Position numbers and translations under genes: made by a program. Shown in pieces: positions 13,261 through 27,065 of a stretch of 64,000 nucleotides of DNA; positions within the stretch are counted from its first letter, which is position 1, and each line of letters starts with the position of its first letter. The stretch is taken from NCBI RefSeq assembly GCF_036971445.1, contig NC_091478.1, forward strand, positions 91,512,001 through 91,576,000, in the 5' to 3' direction. The notes below the pieces were generated by a model. The model was not told the origin of the DNA and made no database searches. It worked only from the letters and a program-made list of their open reading frames with translations. This stretch comes from Narcine bancroftii (lineage: Eukaryota).

Positions 13261-14419
13261 AAAATTCCCTCATTGATTTATTGCAAAAATAATGTCGCCG
13301 TTGCTCTGTACCAACTGATCTCTCTCTGTAACTGCACTTTGAAATTGTGTCTTACTTGTACTGTCAGTGAGATGTCAACCTGAATTGCTCACAAAACAAA
13401 CTGTCACTGTGTCAATGAACGTGAAATATGTTGTCATGTTTAAAAAAGGTATTTACAGGTTTAATGCAGAGTTTGTTGATCTTAGCAGCTCAATACCCTT
13501 TGTAAGGTGTATGCATTCTTGCATGCAGACACCTTCATGGCCAGAGAGTAATCCAACATTATCAGAGATTAATAATGAACCCCAGAACTGCATTCTTTTG
13601 TAAAATATATATAAATATTTTTTTTTTAAACTCAATTTTTCTATACTCGTTTCTAAAGAATCTTTCTACTTTAGTTATAATCATTTTTCAGTAGTGATTC
13701 TGGCAATGTTTCATGAATTTCGTTCCCTCCCTGCACCTCTCCTCCCCCCCCCCCCCCCACCTAAATATGTAAACCAATGTAATAGATTGTGTTAGTAAAA
13801 ACAATGCCTAGAATCAGGAACATCACAGCTATAGCTATTAAAAAACAGTGCTAAACATAGATAATTATACCTTAATTTATACATTTAGCAAACTGCACTG
13901 GGTCAAATATAGTAGAGGGTAATTCTAACCAAAATCCTTTATAAATTATATTTAAATAGTTATAGCGACTGATACAGAAAACCATACTACACAAGTGTAA
14001 AAGAAAACAACTGAGGTAGCATTTATACCCATTCTGCAAACTGAAATACCAAAATGATATGCCAGAATAAATCAGTATAACTTTGCCTGCAAGTAGTAAA
14101 TCAAGAATAAAATTGGCACTGATTTCAAGAAACACTAGAAATGGTCTCCTCTTGTACTGCTTTAAATTCTAGACAGAGAAAAGGGGAGGGTTATGAATGG
14201 ACGGGGTAGCAAGGTGGGATAACAATTTAACCTCTAAAAACAGGTAGGTTAGGAATGAGAGAAAAAAGTTACATATGATAAACTGCCTCACTTAGTTTTG
14301 ATTTAAGAGACAAGATTGAGAGAGAAATGTGATCCACAACATTCCAAGATGGTAGATCCCCTATTCAAATATTGTAACAAAATTCTGCCTCAGTTTTACT
14401 TTTGCTATTTCATCTTCAA

Positions 14420-14980
14420 AGCTATCCAACCTCATTTGGAGTACTGTGTGCAGTTTTTGGCCCCTGAGAAGGGATGTAATAATTTTGGAGAGAGCACAGA
14501 GAAGATTTACCAGGATGATTCCTGGAATGCAAGGGCTAACATATGAGGTACATTACCAGCTCTTGGACTGAATTCATTGGTGTATAGAAGAATGAGAGGG
14601 GATCTCATCGAAAATTTTCAAATGCTGAAAGGATTGGACAGCGTAGATGCGAATAAGATGTTTCCATTGGTGGGTGAATCCAGGACAAGAGGGCACAGTC
14701 TTAGAATTAGAAGGCACCCATTTAAAACCAAGATGAGGAGAAATTTCTTTAGCCAGAGGGTCGTAGATTTGTGGAATTTGTTGCCACACACAGCTGTGGA
14801 GGCCCACTCACTGGGGGATTTTAAGGAGGAAATTAATACGTATCTAATTAGTCAAAGTATCAAGGGATATGGGGGAAAAGGCTGGAATTTGGAACCAGAT
14901 GTGAGAACATTTTAGCTCATGGTGGAGTTGCGGAGCAGGCACAAAGGGTCAAAAGGTCTACTTCTGTTCCTTTATCTTGT
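14420..14980 (+). mobile_element. CR1 LINE 3' end
   Basis: PHLEYCVQF..; RRMRGDLIENFQMLKGLD..RTRGHSLRI..RRNFFSQRVVDLWNLLP. Confidence 0.85.
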
Positions 14981-16369
14981 GAACCAGTCCATCATCCCAA
15001 GGAGACATGAACCACAGCTCTATTTCTTTCCGACACAGTATTGCCATAGGCTGAGAAACTAACAACCCTATTTATTTCCTGTATTCCCAAAGGCCAGGAG
15101 AACTAAATTTGTTGGGAAAGGTTATAGTTGAGTGAATCCGCAATGACACTTCAAATAGGCTGGGAAATGAGCAGCTAAGTTTGAATTAATAGCAGTTTAT
15201 TGAAAATACTGTAGTAGATTTATAAGGATGTAAAAAAATGATATTCTCACAACATAGAAAGAGACATACAGACCATTGAATCTAAGCCAATTTCCTGAGC
15301 AATCCCATTAATTCCAGGCTCCCAAGTCACTCAAGTCCTGAATGCCTAAGGCCGTGTTGCCTGGCCAGTGGCAGGATGAAAGGTGTTTCTTCTGGCCTAA
15401 TAAAGAACTTGGATCAGGAGGGCGAGGATTCATTTATTGCGATCTCAGTAAGCAATGATGACATACAGTAGGCATGACTGCAATTCAAAGGTTGTGCAGA
15501 AGAAAGGGGTTCTGATGCATGGGGCAATGGCACCAATACAGGGGAAAGAGAGTAAGTTTCACTGGGATGAGTTTTATTTGAATCATACTGGGAACAGTGT
15601 CCTGTAAATGGCATAAATAGAATTATAAACAGGAAGGGGCAGAGGTGGGGAAATTCAAGGGATGAGAAGTTTACTAAATCAAAAGGAGACAGCAGTGGTA
15701 CAAGATTGTGAGCAGCAGTATGACAAAGAGGAAGAAAATATTAGCAAAAATGTGCAGCAGAAATTGAATTTGGAGCAAGTAAGCCAAATCTTATAACTCT
15801 TTATATGAAAGCACGCAGTATTTGTAACAAAATAAACGAGTTGACTGCATTAATAGAGACAAACAAGTTTGATTTAATACAGAGAAATTATTGCCGATAA
15901 ACTATGACTGTGAACTCATATTCCAGGTTATTCATTGTTCCAAAAGATCAGGCAAAAATAAGAAAAGAAGCAGAGTTATGTTGTTGATAAAGCAAGGTAT
16001 CAATGCAGTACTCAGATATGGACAGAGTGGGTAGTGATATGGAATTTGTTCAAATGATAGCAGGGGATAGAAGCCATGGGTGGGAATAGTCTATCTCTTC
16101 CAAAGTATTGTCTCCCGGAAGGGCAAAGCATAAAGTGAAATATCAAAGGCATAAATAATTAAGATCATTACAGTTCCCTTCTTTAATAGCATATAATTAA
16201 TAGTGATGATAATAATTAACTTGATCATCTACATATTGATTGGACAAATCAAACTGGCAAGGATACTTTGGAAAAAGGAATTTGAGGAATGCACGAGTGA
16301 TTATTTCATCATGTAATATCGCACTGTTGCAGCAAGCACTTCAAACATTAATGAGGGAATATTGAAAGG

Positions 16370-16920
16370 AGTTAACAAATCTAGTGCTTAGTATTATCCT
16401 CTTCCTCAATGTCAGTAAGACAAAGGAGCTAGTCATAGACTTCAACTAGAGGAGTACAGCTCACTTCCCAGTCCACATCAATGACGCTCAGGTGGAGATC
16501 ATGGACAGCCTTAAGTTCCTTGGAGTAAATATCTCCAGTGACCTGCCTTAGACCAACCACGCTGATGAGATGGCCAAGAGGGTGGAGCAAAGCTTCTCCT
16601 TCCTCAGGAACCTGAGGAAATATGGCACAGTCCCAGTGTCCCTCAACAACTTCTGAAGATGCACCACCAAGAGTATTCTGGCAGGATCATTACTCCATGA
16701 TGTGAGAACACCTCCACACACAGAAACTGCGAAGAACTGTGAATGCAGGACCATCATTTCATCCATTGAGTCCATGTACACCTCCTTATGCCTCAGAAAA
16801 ACAGCCAACATTCTGAAGGACTTATCCCAACCTGACCACTCTCTTCCTCCTTCTCCAAGTAGAAGGCACATTCAAGAGTGTGAAATCATGCACCACCAGA
16901 TTCAAGGACAATTTCTCCTG
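16370..16920 (+). mobile_element. Rex1/Babar fragment
   Basis: ctcaatgtcagtaagacaaaggagctagtcatagacttc (LNVSKTKELVIDF); TANILKDLSQPDHSL. Confidence 0.7.
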
Positions 16921-17539
16921 TTACTCTCAGAAAACTGAATAAACTCACATAAAATAATGCTGCCCTTACTCTTCTCTGTACAGTTTTATTGTGCAGTATA
17001 TCGGGATAGATTTGCTGTACCTCTGTCAATTCCTGTAAATGCAAAGTTGAAACTTCAGACAAGTGGTGTCATCCAGGCAGCACAGGACTTGCAATGCTTT
17101 ACCAGAATTATTTCTCCTGCCAAGAGTAAGTTTTGGTTACATTCGGAGGGAGTTATTTGTTGGCTAATATAAAATTAAATAATTAGGGCATTATCCAAAA
17201 CATTTGAAATAACAGATTTATTTAATGTCAATTGAATTTGCAAGCACTTTCTAAAATCTCAGCTATCTTAGGATACATTTCTTCAGACAGAGGAATTCAT
17301 TGCCACAGATGCCTTTGGAGGTCGAGTCATTAGGTATATATAAAGCAAAGGTTGATAGGCTCTTGATTGGCAAGGGCATTTTTGGTTTTGGGAAGAAGAC
17401 TGGGATTGAGAGGAAAAATACATCAACTATGATTTAAATGATAGAGCAGATTGGACTGGGCAGAATGGCTTAATTCTACTCCAATGTTGAGAGTTTAAAA
17501 CAAGATTTTAAACTGTAGCAATTTTAGTCTCTTATTGGC

Positions 17540-18205
17540 GGATAAGGATAACTGACTGAAGTGTCAGAGGAAGAACACTTTGGGACAAGTGACCACAATT
17601 CTATTATATTGGTCATCCTTTGGTTCAAAGAAAACAATAATTCTATTAGTTTTAAAATAGTTACAGGTAAAGAGACTGGCCTTCAAGTTAACATCCTAAA
17701 TTGGGGCAAGATTAATTTTGATAGAATCAGACATGAACACTCAAAATTTGATTGGGAGAGGAAATTTGTAGATAAAGAGAAATCTAGCAAGTGGGGGGGG
17801 GGGGTCTATAAAACACAAAATAGAAAGAGCTCAGGCTCAGCATGTTCCTGTTAGAATGAACAGCAAGCTTGGCATGATTGGGGAATCCTGGTGGATGAGA
17901 GGATCTAATTAGGAAAAAGAATATGCCAGCATACAATAGGCAGCTGGGCTCAAAGAGAATCCCTCAAGGAGGAAAGAGATGCAGGAATTTTCCTCACTGG
18001 AAAATCAGTAGGGCAAAAATAGGACACGAGATGGCTTTGGCAGATAAAAGTACAGAGGAATCCCAAGTGATTCTGCAAAGATATTAAAAACAAAAGCCAA
18101 CTAGGGAGAGAACAAGTCTTTATAAGGATTATTTTGCTCATAAACATATGTAGACACAGGAGATGGCAGAGGGCTTCAATGAATATTTTACATTTGTGTT
18201 CAAGA
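17540..18205 (+). mobile_element. CR1 fragment (endonuclease-RT linker), host of the nested cluster
   Basis: EEHFGTSDHNSI..LNWGKINF. CR1-like sequence resumes at about 23470-23540 (gagaaacagtgtctcacaaatttgat). Confidence 0.55.
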
Positions 18206-19257
18206 GAAATGAATACTTACATCTTGTTTAGGCTTGCAGCATGGATTGCTCCACAAAGTCCACAAACTGCCAGGCATAACTGGGACCCATGGCCACTCCT
18301 TTGATTTGGAATTTGATTTGTTTCACTTCCTCCAAATCAAAGGAGTAGCCATGGGACCCAGCTAGACCTGCGTGTTTGTGGGCTTTCTGAAGCAATCCAC
18401 AAAGGTAAGACCCTGAACTCTTCCTCCAGTATATCGATGACAACATCGGAGCTGCCTCATGCACCAGTGATGAGCTTGCCAACTTCATCCACTTTGCAGC
18501 CAACTTCTATCCTGATGTCAAACTCACCTGGTCCATCCCCGACAACACTTTACACTTCCGAGATCTCTGTCTCCATCTCAGGAGACAAGCTTTCCACTGA
18601 CATACATTACAAACCTATCAACTCCCACAACTACCTTAACTACACTTCTTCACACCCTGCCCCTGCAAGAATTCTATCCCCTTCTCTCAATTTCTCTATC
18701 TCCACCACATCTGTACCCAAGATGAGGTCTTCCAGTCCAAATCTTCCGAAATGTCTGGCTTCTTCCACCACCACCAACTCAGCCCTTGCCCACATCTCCT
18801 CCATTTCCCACCATCTGCCCTGCCCCCATCCCCAGATGCCACAAACATAAATTCTCCCTTATCCTCATCTACCACCCCACCAGCCTTTGCATTCAACACA
18901 TTACCCTCTGGAATTTGTGACGCAACAGGATCCCTCTACCAGACACATCTTCCACTCTCCGCCTTCCTTAGGGACTGCTCCCTCCGTGACTCCCTTGTGC
19001 ACTCATCCCTCCCCCACCAATCCCCAGCATCTTCCCGTGGCTGCAGGAAGTGCAAAATTTGCACCCACACCTCCCTCATCATCACAGTCCGGGGCCCCAA
19101 AAAGGTCTTTCAAATGAAGCAATACTTCAATTGTGTATCCACAGAACTTGTTTACTACATCTGATGCTCCCTTTGTGGCCTTCTCTACATCGGAGAGACT
19201 TAGGCACAGATTGGGAGATCACTTAGACTGAGCACCTTCGCTCCATCCACTAGAGTT

Positions 19258-22200
19258 TTTGTTTATTTATAATTTTTTATTTAATACTTCACCGTGAACC
19301 ATGTTAATAATATATACAGATATTCATCATTAAAATATGCAGTGACATTTTCATTTTCCCCCCTTCCTTCCAGCCTCCCCACCCCTATAATGTATAGCAA
19401 GAAATAAAAAGAAAGAAAAATGAATAAACAATAAAAGAATACAAAAGAAAGAAAAGAAATTGTGTCATCCAAAATTCGATATTTAAGTATTGTCATACTT
19501 GTATCTTTAAGAGATAGAGGTCTGAAATCGGCAGTTTGTAATACTCTATGGATGGTTCCCAAATTTGTTGAAATAAAGTATGTTTGTCTGTTAGATTGTT
19601 GGTATTTTTCCGAATGGAATACACTTGTTCATTTCTATGGACCATTATTGCCTCTGTTTTCCACGTTATCATGATGCACTTTTTTTTGCTGCTGCAAGCA
19701 CAATCAGAGTAAATCTTTCTTGAGCCTAATTTTAGGCCTAATTCTTTGACTTTTAGGTTGTTTAACAGGAAGATTTCTGGATCTTTTGGATTCTTATTTT
19801 TTGTAATTCTATTTAATATTAAGTTTAAATCCTCCCAAAAAGTCTTCACTTTTGTACTTGTCCAAATTGCGTGTAATGTTGTTCCAATTTCTTGTTTACA
19901 ACAGAAGCATCTGTCCAATATTGTTGGGTTCCACTCTTATAACTTTTGAGGTGTAACATATAGTCTATGTAGCTAATTGTATTGTATCATATGAAACAGA
20001 GTATTTATTGTATTACTCATGGTCCCTGTGAATAGTTCCTCCCATGTTTCGTTCTTTATTCGTATATTTAAATCTTTTTCCCAACTTTCTTGGGTTTGTA
20101 CATTGCTTCATCATTTTTCTTGTATTGCAATTTGCTGTACATGTTTGTGATAAATTTATTTTACTATCGCAGTATCTGTGATTAAGTATTCATAGCAGAT
20201 ACCCTCAGGTAATCTTAGGCTAGTTCCCAATTTTTCTTTTAAATAAGTTTTCAACTAATAGTATGAATATATTGCACCATGTGATAATCCGTATTTAACT
20301 GTTCAAATGTTAATAAATTCCCAAAAAGCAATCTTTAATTCTTTTAATTCCTTTTCTAGCTCATTCCTTAAAAAATAAATTGTCCATTGTAAAAGGTATT
20401 AATGGGTTTTCCCTTAGTAGCATTTTTGGAATTTGATAATTTATCATCTTTCACTCCAGGTGTATTCTCTTCCATTTTTTTAGTAATATGATGTAGAATT
20501 GGTAAATTGTTGTGTTGCACCAGTTTCTCATTGCATTTATAGAGTAAATGTTCATGGACTTTTTCTCCTAATTTATATAATTCTATCTTGAGCCAATCCA
20601 GTTTTTCTCATGTCTGATAAAATTCTGACAGATATCTTAACTGTGCTGCCCTGTAATAGTTTTTGAAATTTGGTAACTGCAATCCTCTATGTTAATTTTT
20701 CAAAAGCCACTCTTGATTTTCTATCCTTCCATAAAAATTTAATTTATTTTGTTTCATAAAAAATTCCCGTCAAGGGAATCGGTAGTGTTTGGAATGAATA
20801 TTGTATCTGTGGAAATATATTCATCTTGTTGCCGTTTACTCTCCCTATTAAAGTTAATGGTAAATCTTTCCATTTCTCCAAATCTTCCTGTATTTTTTAA
20901 CAGTTGGTAGTTTAATTTATACAAATGATTTAAATTATTATCTATCCTGATACCAACGTAACTTATAGCCTGTGATAGCCATTTAAAAGGGGATTCCTTT
21001 TAACATTTTGTATAATTGACTTTGTTCATTGGCATCACTTCATTTTTATCAATATTAACCTTGTACCTTGATATCTCCCCATATTCTTTCAATTTTATAT
21101 ATAACCTTTTTTTATTGATTTATCTGGATCTGTTAAATATATTATAATATTGTCCGCAAATAAAATAATTTTATATTCTTCCTCTTTTACTTTTATTCCC
21201 TTTATCATGGGTTCCATTCTTATCAGCTCTGCAAATGGTTCTATAGCCAAAGCAAACAGGGAAGGTGATAATGGACATCTCTGCCTAGTTGACCTACTCA
21301 ATTTAAAGTGGTCTGAAACATACCCATTTGTTACTACTTTTGCCAAAGGACCATTAAACAGTGCTCTAATCCAATTAATAATTTTTCCAGTAATTTATTA
21401 GTTTTATTAGTATGGAGCGCAATTTCTGATGTGGCTGCAGCTTTGGCACCAGTGCTTTGTGGGCTCTTTCAATTTCTATTTCTTCTTGGAGTTGTTCCAC
21501 TCCCAAGATCCGTGGGATCATCTTTGTATAAATCCCTTTTTATCTGCTCCTTCTTCACCTTCTTTCATGCCCATTATTTTTATATTATTATGTATGCTGA
21601 AATTCTCTCAAATGTCAATTTTTTGGGCTAATAAATCTTGTGTCTTCTTAATCTTCTTATCTCTATCTTCCAGTTTTTTTCTTAACTCATTCACCTCCAT
21701 TCCCACAACTATCCCTCTGTCTTCCACTTCATCAGTTCATTTTCTCATGTCTGTCATAGCCTTCTCCATTCTTTGCATTTTTAAATCTGTCTCTTACATA
21801 GTATTTTTTATATTACTGAGCTCAGTCATTATGTCCATTAGTATCTTTATTTGACTGTCAAAATATCCCTTCATCAATCATCTGCTTCTGTTTTTTGCCT
21901 TGTATTTTTTCTTGTATGCCTTTATCTTCCCCTTCATCTTTCTCTTGCTCCATTTCTTGGCTCCATGTTGCTCCTTCTTCTACCAATGTCTCCTCTATGG
22001 CCTCTCCAATTGCTGATTCAGTATCCCACTGTCAGGGTCCCATCAGGGTCTTTGCTATAATGCGTGCTGGCATTTCCTTTTTGGGCTCTGTAAGCCGAAG
22101 TTCGAGACCGTTCTGGAGGATGTCACCACCCAGCTGCCCGCTCACCGGCTTCATTGATCGGGCCATCCTCTGGGGGGGGGGGGCTCCCTGCTCCCGGACA

Positions 22201-22403
22201 CCAGTAAGGTCTTCCTCCTTTTTTCTCCTGCGATTTATCTCTTCTTTGCTTGACATTGTCGACTTTTCCTTCTTTGGAGCCATCTTCAAGTTCTTCTTGT
22301 ACTTTTTAAAATCTTGAAAATTTTTTACACTTTTCCTCTCTGCCTTTCTCTGTGAAGGGCCGGTTTCCCCGACCAGCCACTACTCCATCACGTGACCTCC
22401 TCC
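19258..22403 (-). mobile_element. L1-like LINE with both termini but a large internal deletion
   Basis: 5'UTR, ORF1 start MAPKKEK.., RT (RSTRQRCPLSPSLFALAIEPFAELIR..ILFADNII), C-terminal CCHC (RCFCCKQEIGTTLHAIW) and T-rich tail. 17-bp TSD ctccatccactagagtt (19241) / ctccgtccactacagtt (22405). Confidence 0.88.
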
Positions 22404-22827
22404 ACTCCGTCCACTACAGTTACAGAGACCTCCCAGTAGCCAGCCATTTCAGTTCTGCATCACACTCCCATACTCACATGTCCATCCATGGCCTTATGTA
22501 CTATCCCACCAAGACCACCTGCAAATTGGAGGAACATTTGATTTTCTGTCAAGGCATTCTCCAATCAGATGGCATTAACATTTTGACTTTTATGGTTTCT
22601 CCTCTTCCCTTTCTCTCCTTCCCCCTTCAAGTTCTCCTCTCTCCCTTCCCTTAGCCATCCCTCCTCCCCTTGATCGCAGTTGTCCCCTCCCTCTCTTCTC
22701 CACCCATCATCTCCTGCCTTTGCAACCACACCTACTCCCCCCCCTTATTCTTTTGCTCACACACCTGCTTACATTTTTCTATTCGCTGATGAAGGGCCGT
22801 TGGTTATGTATTTTTACCTTTGCTATA

Positions 22828-23384
22828 TTTCCACCAGCATTGTCTCCGCTCCATCCTCAACATCCATTGGAGCGCTTTCATCCCTAACGTCGAAGTACTC
22901 GAGATGGCAGAGGTCGACAGCATCGAGTCCACGCTTCTGAAGATCCAGCTGCGCTGGGTGGGTCACGTCTCCAGAATGGAGGACCATCGCCTTCCCAAGA
23001 TCGTGTTATATGGCGAGCTCTCCACTGGCCACCGTGACAGAGGTGCACCAAAGAAAAGGTACAAGGACTGCCTAAAGAAATCTCTTGGTGCCTGCCACAT
23101 TGACCACCGCCAGTGGGCTGATATCGCCTCAAACCGTGCATCTTGGCACCTCACAGTTCGGCGTGCAGCAACCTCCTTTGAAGAAGACCGCAGAGCCCAC
23201 CTCACTGACAAAAGGCAAAGGAGGAAAAATCCAACACCCAAACCCAACCCACCAATTTTCCCCATCAGCCGCTGCAACCGTGTCTGCCTGTCCCGCATCG
23301 GACTTGTCAGCCACAAACGAGCCTGCAGCTGACGTGGACTTTTACCCCCTCCATAAATCTTCGTCCGCGAAGCCAAGCCAAAGA
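22828..23384 (+). mobile_element. RTE-clade LINE, 5'-truncated, young
   Basis: Open 170-aa frame: FHQHCLRSILNIHW..QLRWVGHVSRMEDHRLPKIVLYGEL..RGAPKKRYKD..CNRVCLSRIGLVSHKRAC. CpG-rich. Confidence 0.9.
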
Positions 23385-26129
23385 TAAAGGACACTGTTTC
23401 ACCTGCTGAATTTCTTCAGCATTGTGTGTTTTTACTTCAACCACAGATTTACGTTTTACTTTACTTCTGATTAGGATTAGGCATTATGACCTTGTCCATG
23501 AGAAACAGTGTCTCACAAATTTGATAGGTATTTTTGGAAATAACACAGAAATGTGTTCTTCAGTTCAATTTGTCCATGGTTCTCTCCTCAACTAGTGGAG
23601 TTTTCTTGTGCTTGGCCAATATCCTTCTCAGCATTTCCTATGAATATACCTGCCCAATTGTCTTTTAGAGAGAGCAAGAGATGTTGATAGTAGTATCTTG
23701 GAACATCAACTGCAGGTGGTTTAAGTAGGCTTTTTTTGTACTTTAGAACACCTCATACTATTTTCCCAGAGCAATGCAGGGCTTCAGCTCCAGATTTATC
23801 CTGTACATTGAGTAAAATTGTAAAGAAGCAACCTATTTTTTTTTAATTATAAGACAACTGTAATGAGTTATCATTGCAAACTTCAATTGGAATGGAAACA
23901 AAATTATTGGTTATAACAAAATACAACAGTAATTTATTGCAAATAGCCCACATACTTTCATAATCCTCCATATTTGGTTGCAGATTGTTTTAAATATCTT
24001 ATGGTGCTCCAATTTTCCAGATTTTAGGAACTGCTAAATGTAATCCACCTAGCACTCTTCAAAAATTAGGATTTAGGATGTGATTAAAACAAATCCTCTT
24101 GTTTTAAAAAAAAAGTAATGATGGAAAAATACTCCATTTTCTTAATATCTCAATAATTGCTACATATTGACATCTTAAATGTTAATATAAATTTGCAAAT
24201 CCAGGTACCTAATTTTCCATTAAAAAATAGCTTCATGTTATCATAGCTCTTAGTGAAAATCATTTAGCATTTGTATTAATGTTTAATTTTTTTTTAATCC
24301 AAAATATCCAAGCCAATTTTTAAGGCTGTTGATTCAGATAGATAAAATTTTGACAAAGGAGTGAGTTTCCACTTTTCCACTTAATTTAGTGACAACCTTA
24401 CCTCACACCTTTGAGCATAATGCCTGGACTGCTGGTTGCAAATAAATTCACAATAGTTTTGAAATATATTTTATTACCCTGATCCTAAGTTTCTGCCCAA
24501 ACTCTTCTGCCTAACACCAAACATAAAATTTGCTATCAAGTAACACAAATTTGCCAAGTATTCCAACATTATTAATTGTTTAAATTCTGCCATATTGTAA
24601 TTTAAATTATAAATCGATTTGTTCTTGACAAAATGCAAGATCATCTCATGCAATATCTGTGAATCATCTAATTTTAAATAATTAAACATATCATTTTAAA
24701 ATTAATATGTGATAGTATTTATTCATCGCATTGTGCAGAGTAACGGATTTCTTAGCATTTTTATTTTTTTAAATTTCTTTCAAAGCTTTTCAAATGAACC
24801 TTTTGATATCCTTCCTCCACATTTTAGTCTCCTGAAAGACATAAACAGTACAAAGTGGAGAGGTGGAAACTGATGGCATGCAAGACAGAACGAGTTGCAG
24901 GGCAACAGGAAAAATCTGGAGAGGTCCAAATGGCCTTTCTGTGCCAACTTATGTAAATAATTAACAAAAACTCACTATGGTGATTACTTTGAGTGGCTGA
25001 TTATATTGTGAATCTGTTTAAATTGCTACAAAAGGTAAGAATTCCAACTTCCACAGATTGCAATTTGCATTTGAAATTCAGTATTCATGTCGCCAATTTA
25101 AAGGTAAAAGCAATGAAAAAAATAGGGACATCATTCAGATTCAACATGTAAGCACGTGTCAAGCTATAGCAGTTCATTTAACCTGTTATCTTGAAAATTC
25201 CCTTTTTTCTAATTTTTTCCAGATCTGTTAGTAAGAAACAGAACATTAATTTTAAGTGACAGCCTGTTGGAAATAATTACCCAACAGATCAAGGAAATAA
25301 TTTTTTTTCCAATCCGCCAATGCCAAATCCACAATCACAAATTAATTACAAAATCTAAGTTAAAACAATTAATACTATATTTGTATGATATTTGAATACA
25401 TTCATTTACAAAATTAGACATTTTCTTTCTTAAAATGAAGATTTTAAAATAAATATAAAAGTATTTTAAGTCAGCTAAAATTTAAATTAGGCTACAAAAA
25501 TTCTACAAACAATGCAATTTTGCCCATTATTCTACTTACCAAACAATATTCAAAACCTTTTCTGAAAGTGCAATGCTAATATTTTAGTATTACAATACCC
25601 AAACACGTAGCCCATACAAAAACATTTTTAAGCATGCTAAACATATGCCAGTTATGGATTTACATTAGTCTTTATGTTAACTTAAATTTTACATGAATGC
25701 ACATTAAAGATCTCTCTCTCATCATGAAATGGTATAACCATGAAGAGCATAGGAAAAAAAAAAATCAAGATTCTTTTATATCCACCAGATGACAAAAACT
25801 CACACCTGAAATAAAATTATCTACAGGATTCTGAAAGAAAGTAAACAATAATTTAACAGTACTTTTAACACAGCAAAACATCGCAAGGCTTGTTGTAGTA
25901 ATATAATTAGTCATAAACTGATAGCAAAGGAAAGAGGGACATGTTATATTAGGTATTAAGATTAAAGAGTGAAAGGAAAATGAATGTTCAAAAATTTTAA
26001 AAAAAGAAATTTGGGAAGAAAAATTCAGTACATTGGGCTAAGACCATGAAGGGGCATAATCATTAATTATGGGGAGAAGGAAGAGAACCCCAAGTTGGAA
26101 GAATGAGTTGTCACAAAATTGAGTGGAAT

Positions 26130-27065
26130 AGCAAATGTGTCAAAGGACACAGAAATTCTGCAGAGAGATGGGCTAAGCAAGTAATACAATGTTGGTAAAT
26201 GTGAGGTCAAATACATTGGAAAAAATAAATTAGATTATTGTTTAAATTTGAAAGGGTGCAATCTGCTGTGCAAAGGGTCATCAAAAAAGCAAATGGGATG
26301 TTGAGCCTTCATTGCTAGAGGAATTGAATTTAAAAGTAAGGAGGTTCTGCTGCAACTGTACAGTTCTATCTGCAGTTCTGGTCTCACTTGAGAAAGGATA
26401 TAACTGGCCTTTTGAGGTGGTGCAGAGGAAGTTCACAATGTTAATTCTAGAGATGAAGGAGTTTCAGTCTACAGTTTAGAAGAATGAGAGGGGATCTTTC
26501 AGAAACATACAAAATCATGAAAAAAAGCAGATAACATAGTGGGAGGAAAGTGGATTCCATGGGCTGGCTGAGTCGAGAAGATACAGCCTTGAATTAATTT
26601 TTTTTTAAATACAGCACAGTATCAGGTCCTTTACACCCAATTAACCTACACCCCCAATATGCTTTGACAGTGGGAGGAAACCACAGCACCTGGAAGAAAC
26701 CCATGCAGACATGGGGAGAACGAACAAACTCCTTTCAGACACCGGGGGATTTGAACTCCAGCCCCAAATGCTGGCGCTTGACCACTAAGAATGACCACCA
26801 GGCTGTGCCACCAGTTTTGGGAGAGAATGGAGGAGGAATTGCTTCCTCAAAATGTTGTGAATCTGTGCAATTCTCTATCTAAGGAAGCAGAAGAGTCTTC
26901 TCTTGTTAAACATATTAAGACAGATTGATCTCTGCATAGTAGGGGAATTAAAGGATACAAGGTAAAGGGAGGAAAGTGAAGCCGAGTCCCCAGCTCATTC
27001 AACCATATTGAATGGCAGAACAGGCTTGATGGTGTGGATGACCGACTCATGTTCCTATTTTTTGC
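26130..27065 (+). mobile_element. CR1 3' end interrupted by a minus-strand SINE (about 26605-26800)
   Basis: CR1 motifs (tttagaagaatgagaggggatct, gttgtgaatctgtg); SINE segment gaaacccatgcagacatggggagaacgaacaaactc. Confidence 0.65.

Larger units (their letters stand above)
18228..23460 (+). mobile_element. Penelope-like element (18228-19257, 22404-22827 and 23385-23460) split by L1 and RTE insertions
   Basis: RT (QIKGVAMGPS, LSTDIHYKPINSHNYLNYTSSHP) and GIY-YIG region (CRKCKICTH..FNCVSTELVYYI..YIGET). Reads continuously across the L1 TSD. Confidence 0.8.

Noticed and set aside
17597-17648. 10-bp direct repeat AATTCTATTA around a 32-bp insert in CR1; also a ~36-bp two-copy repeat at 8803-8878
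   Set aside because: Too short and AT-rich to interpret beyond a local repair or slippage event.
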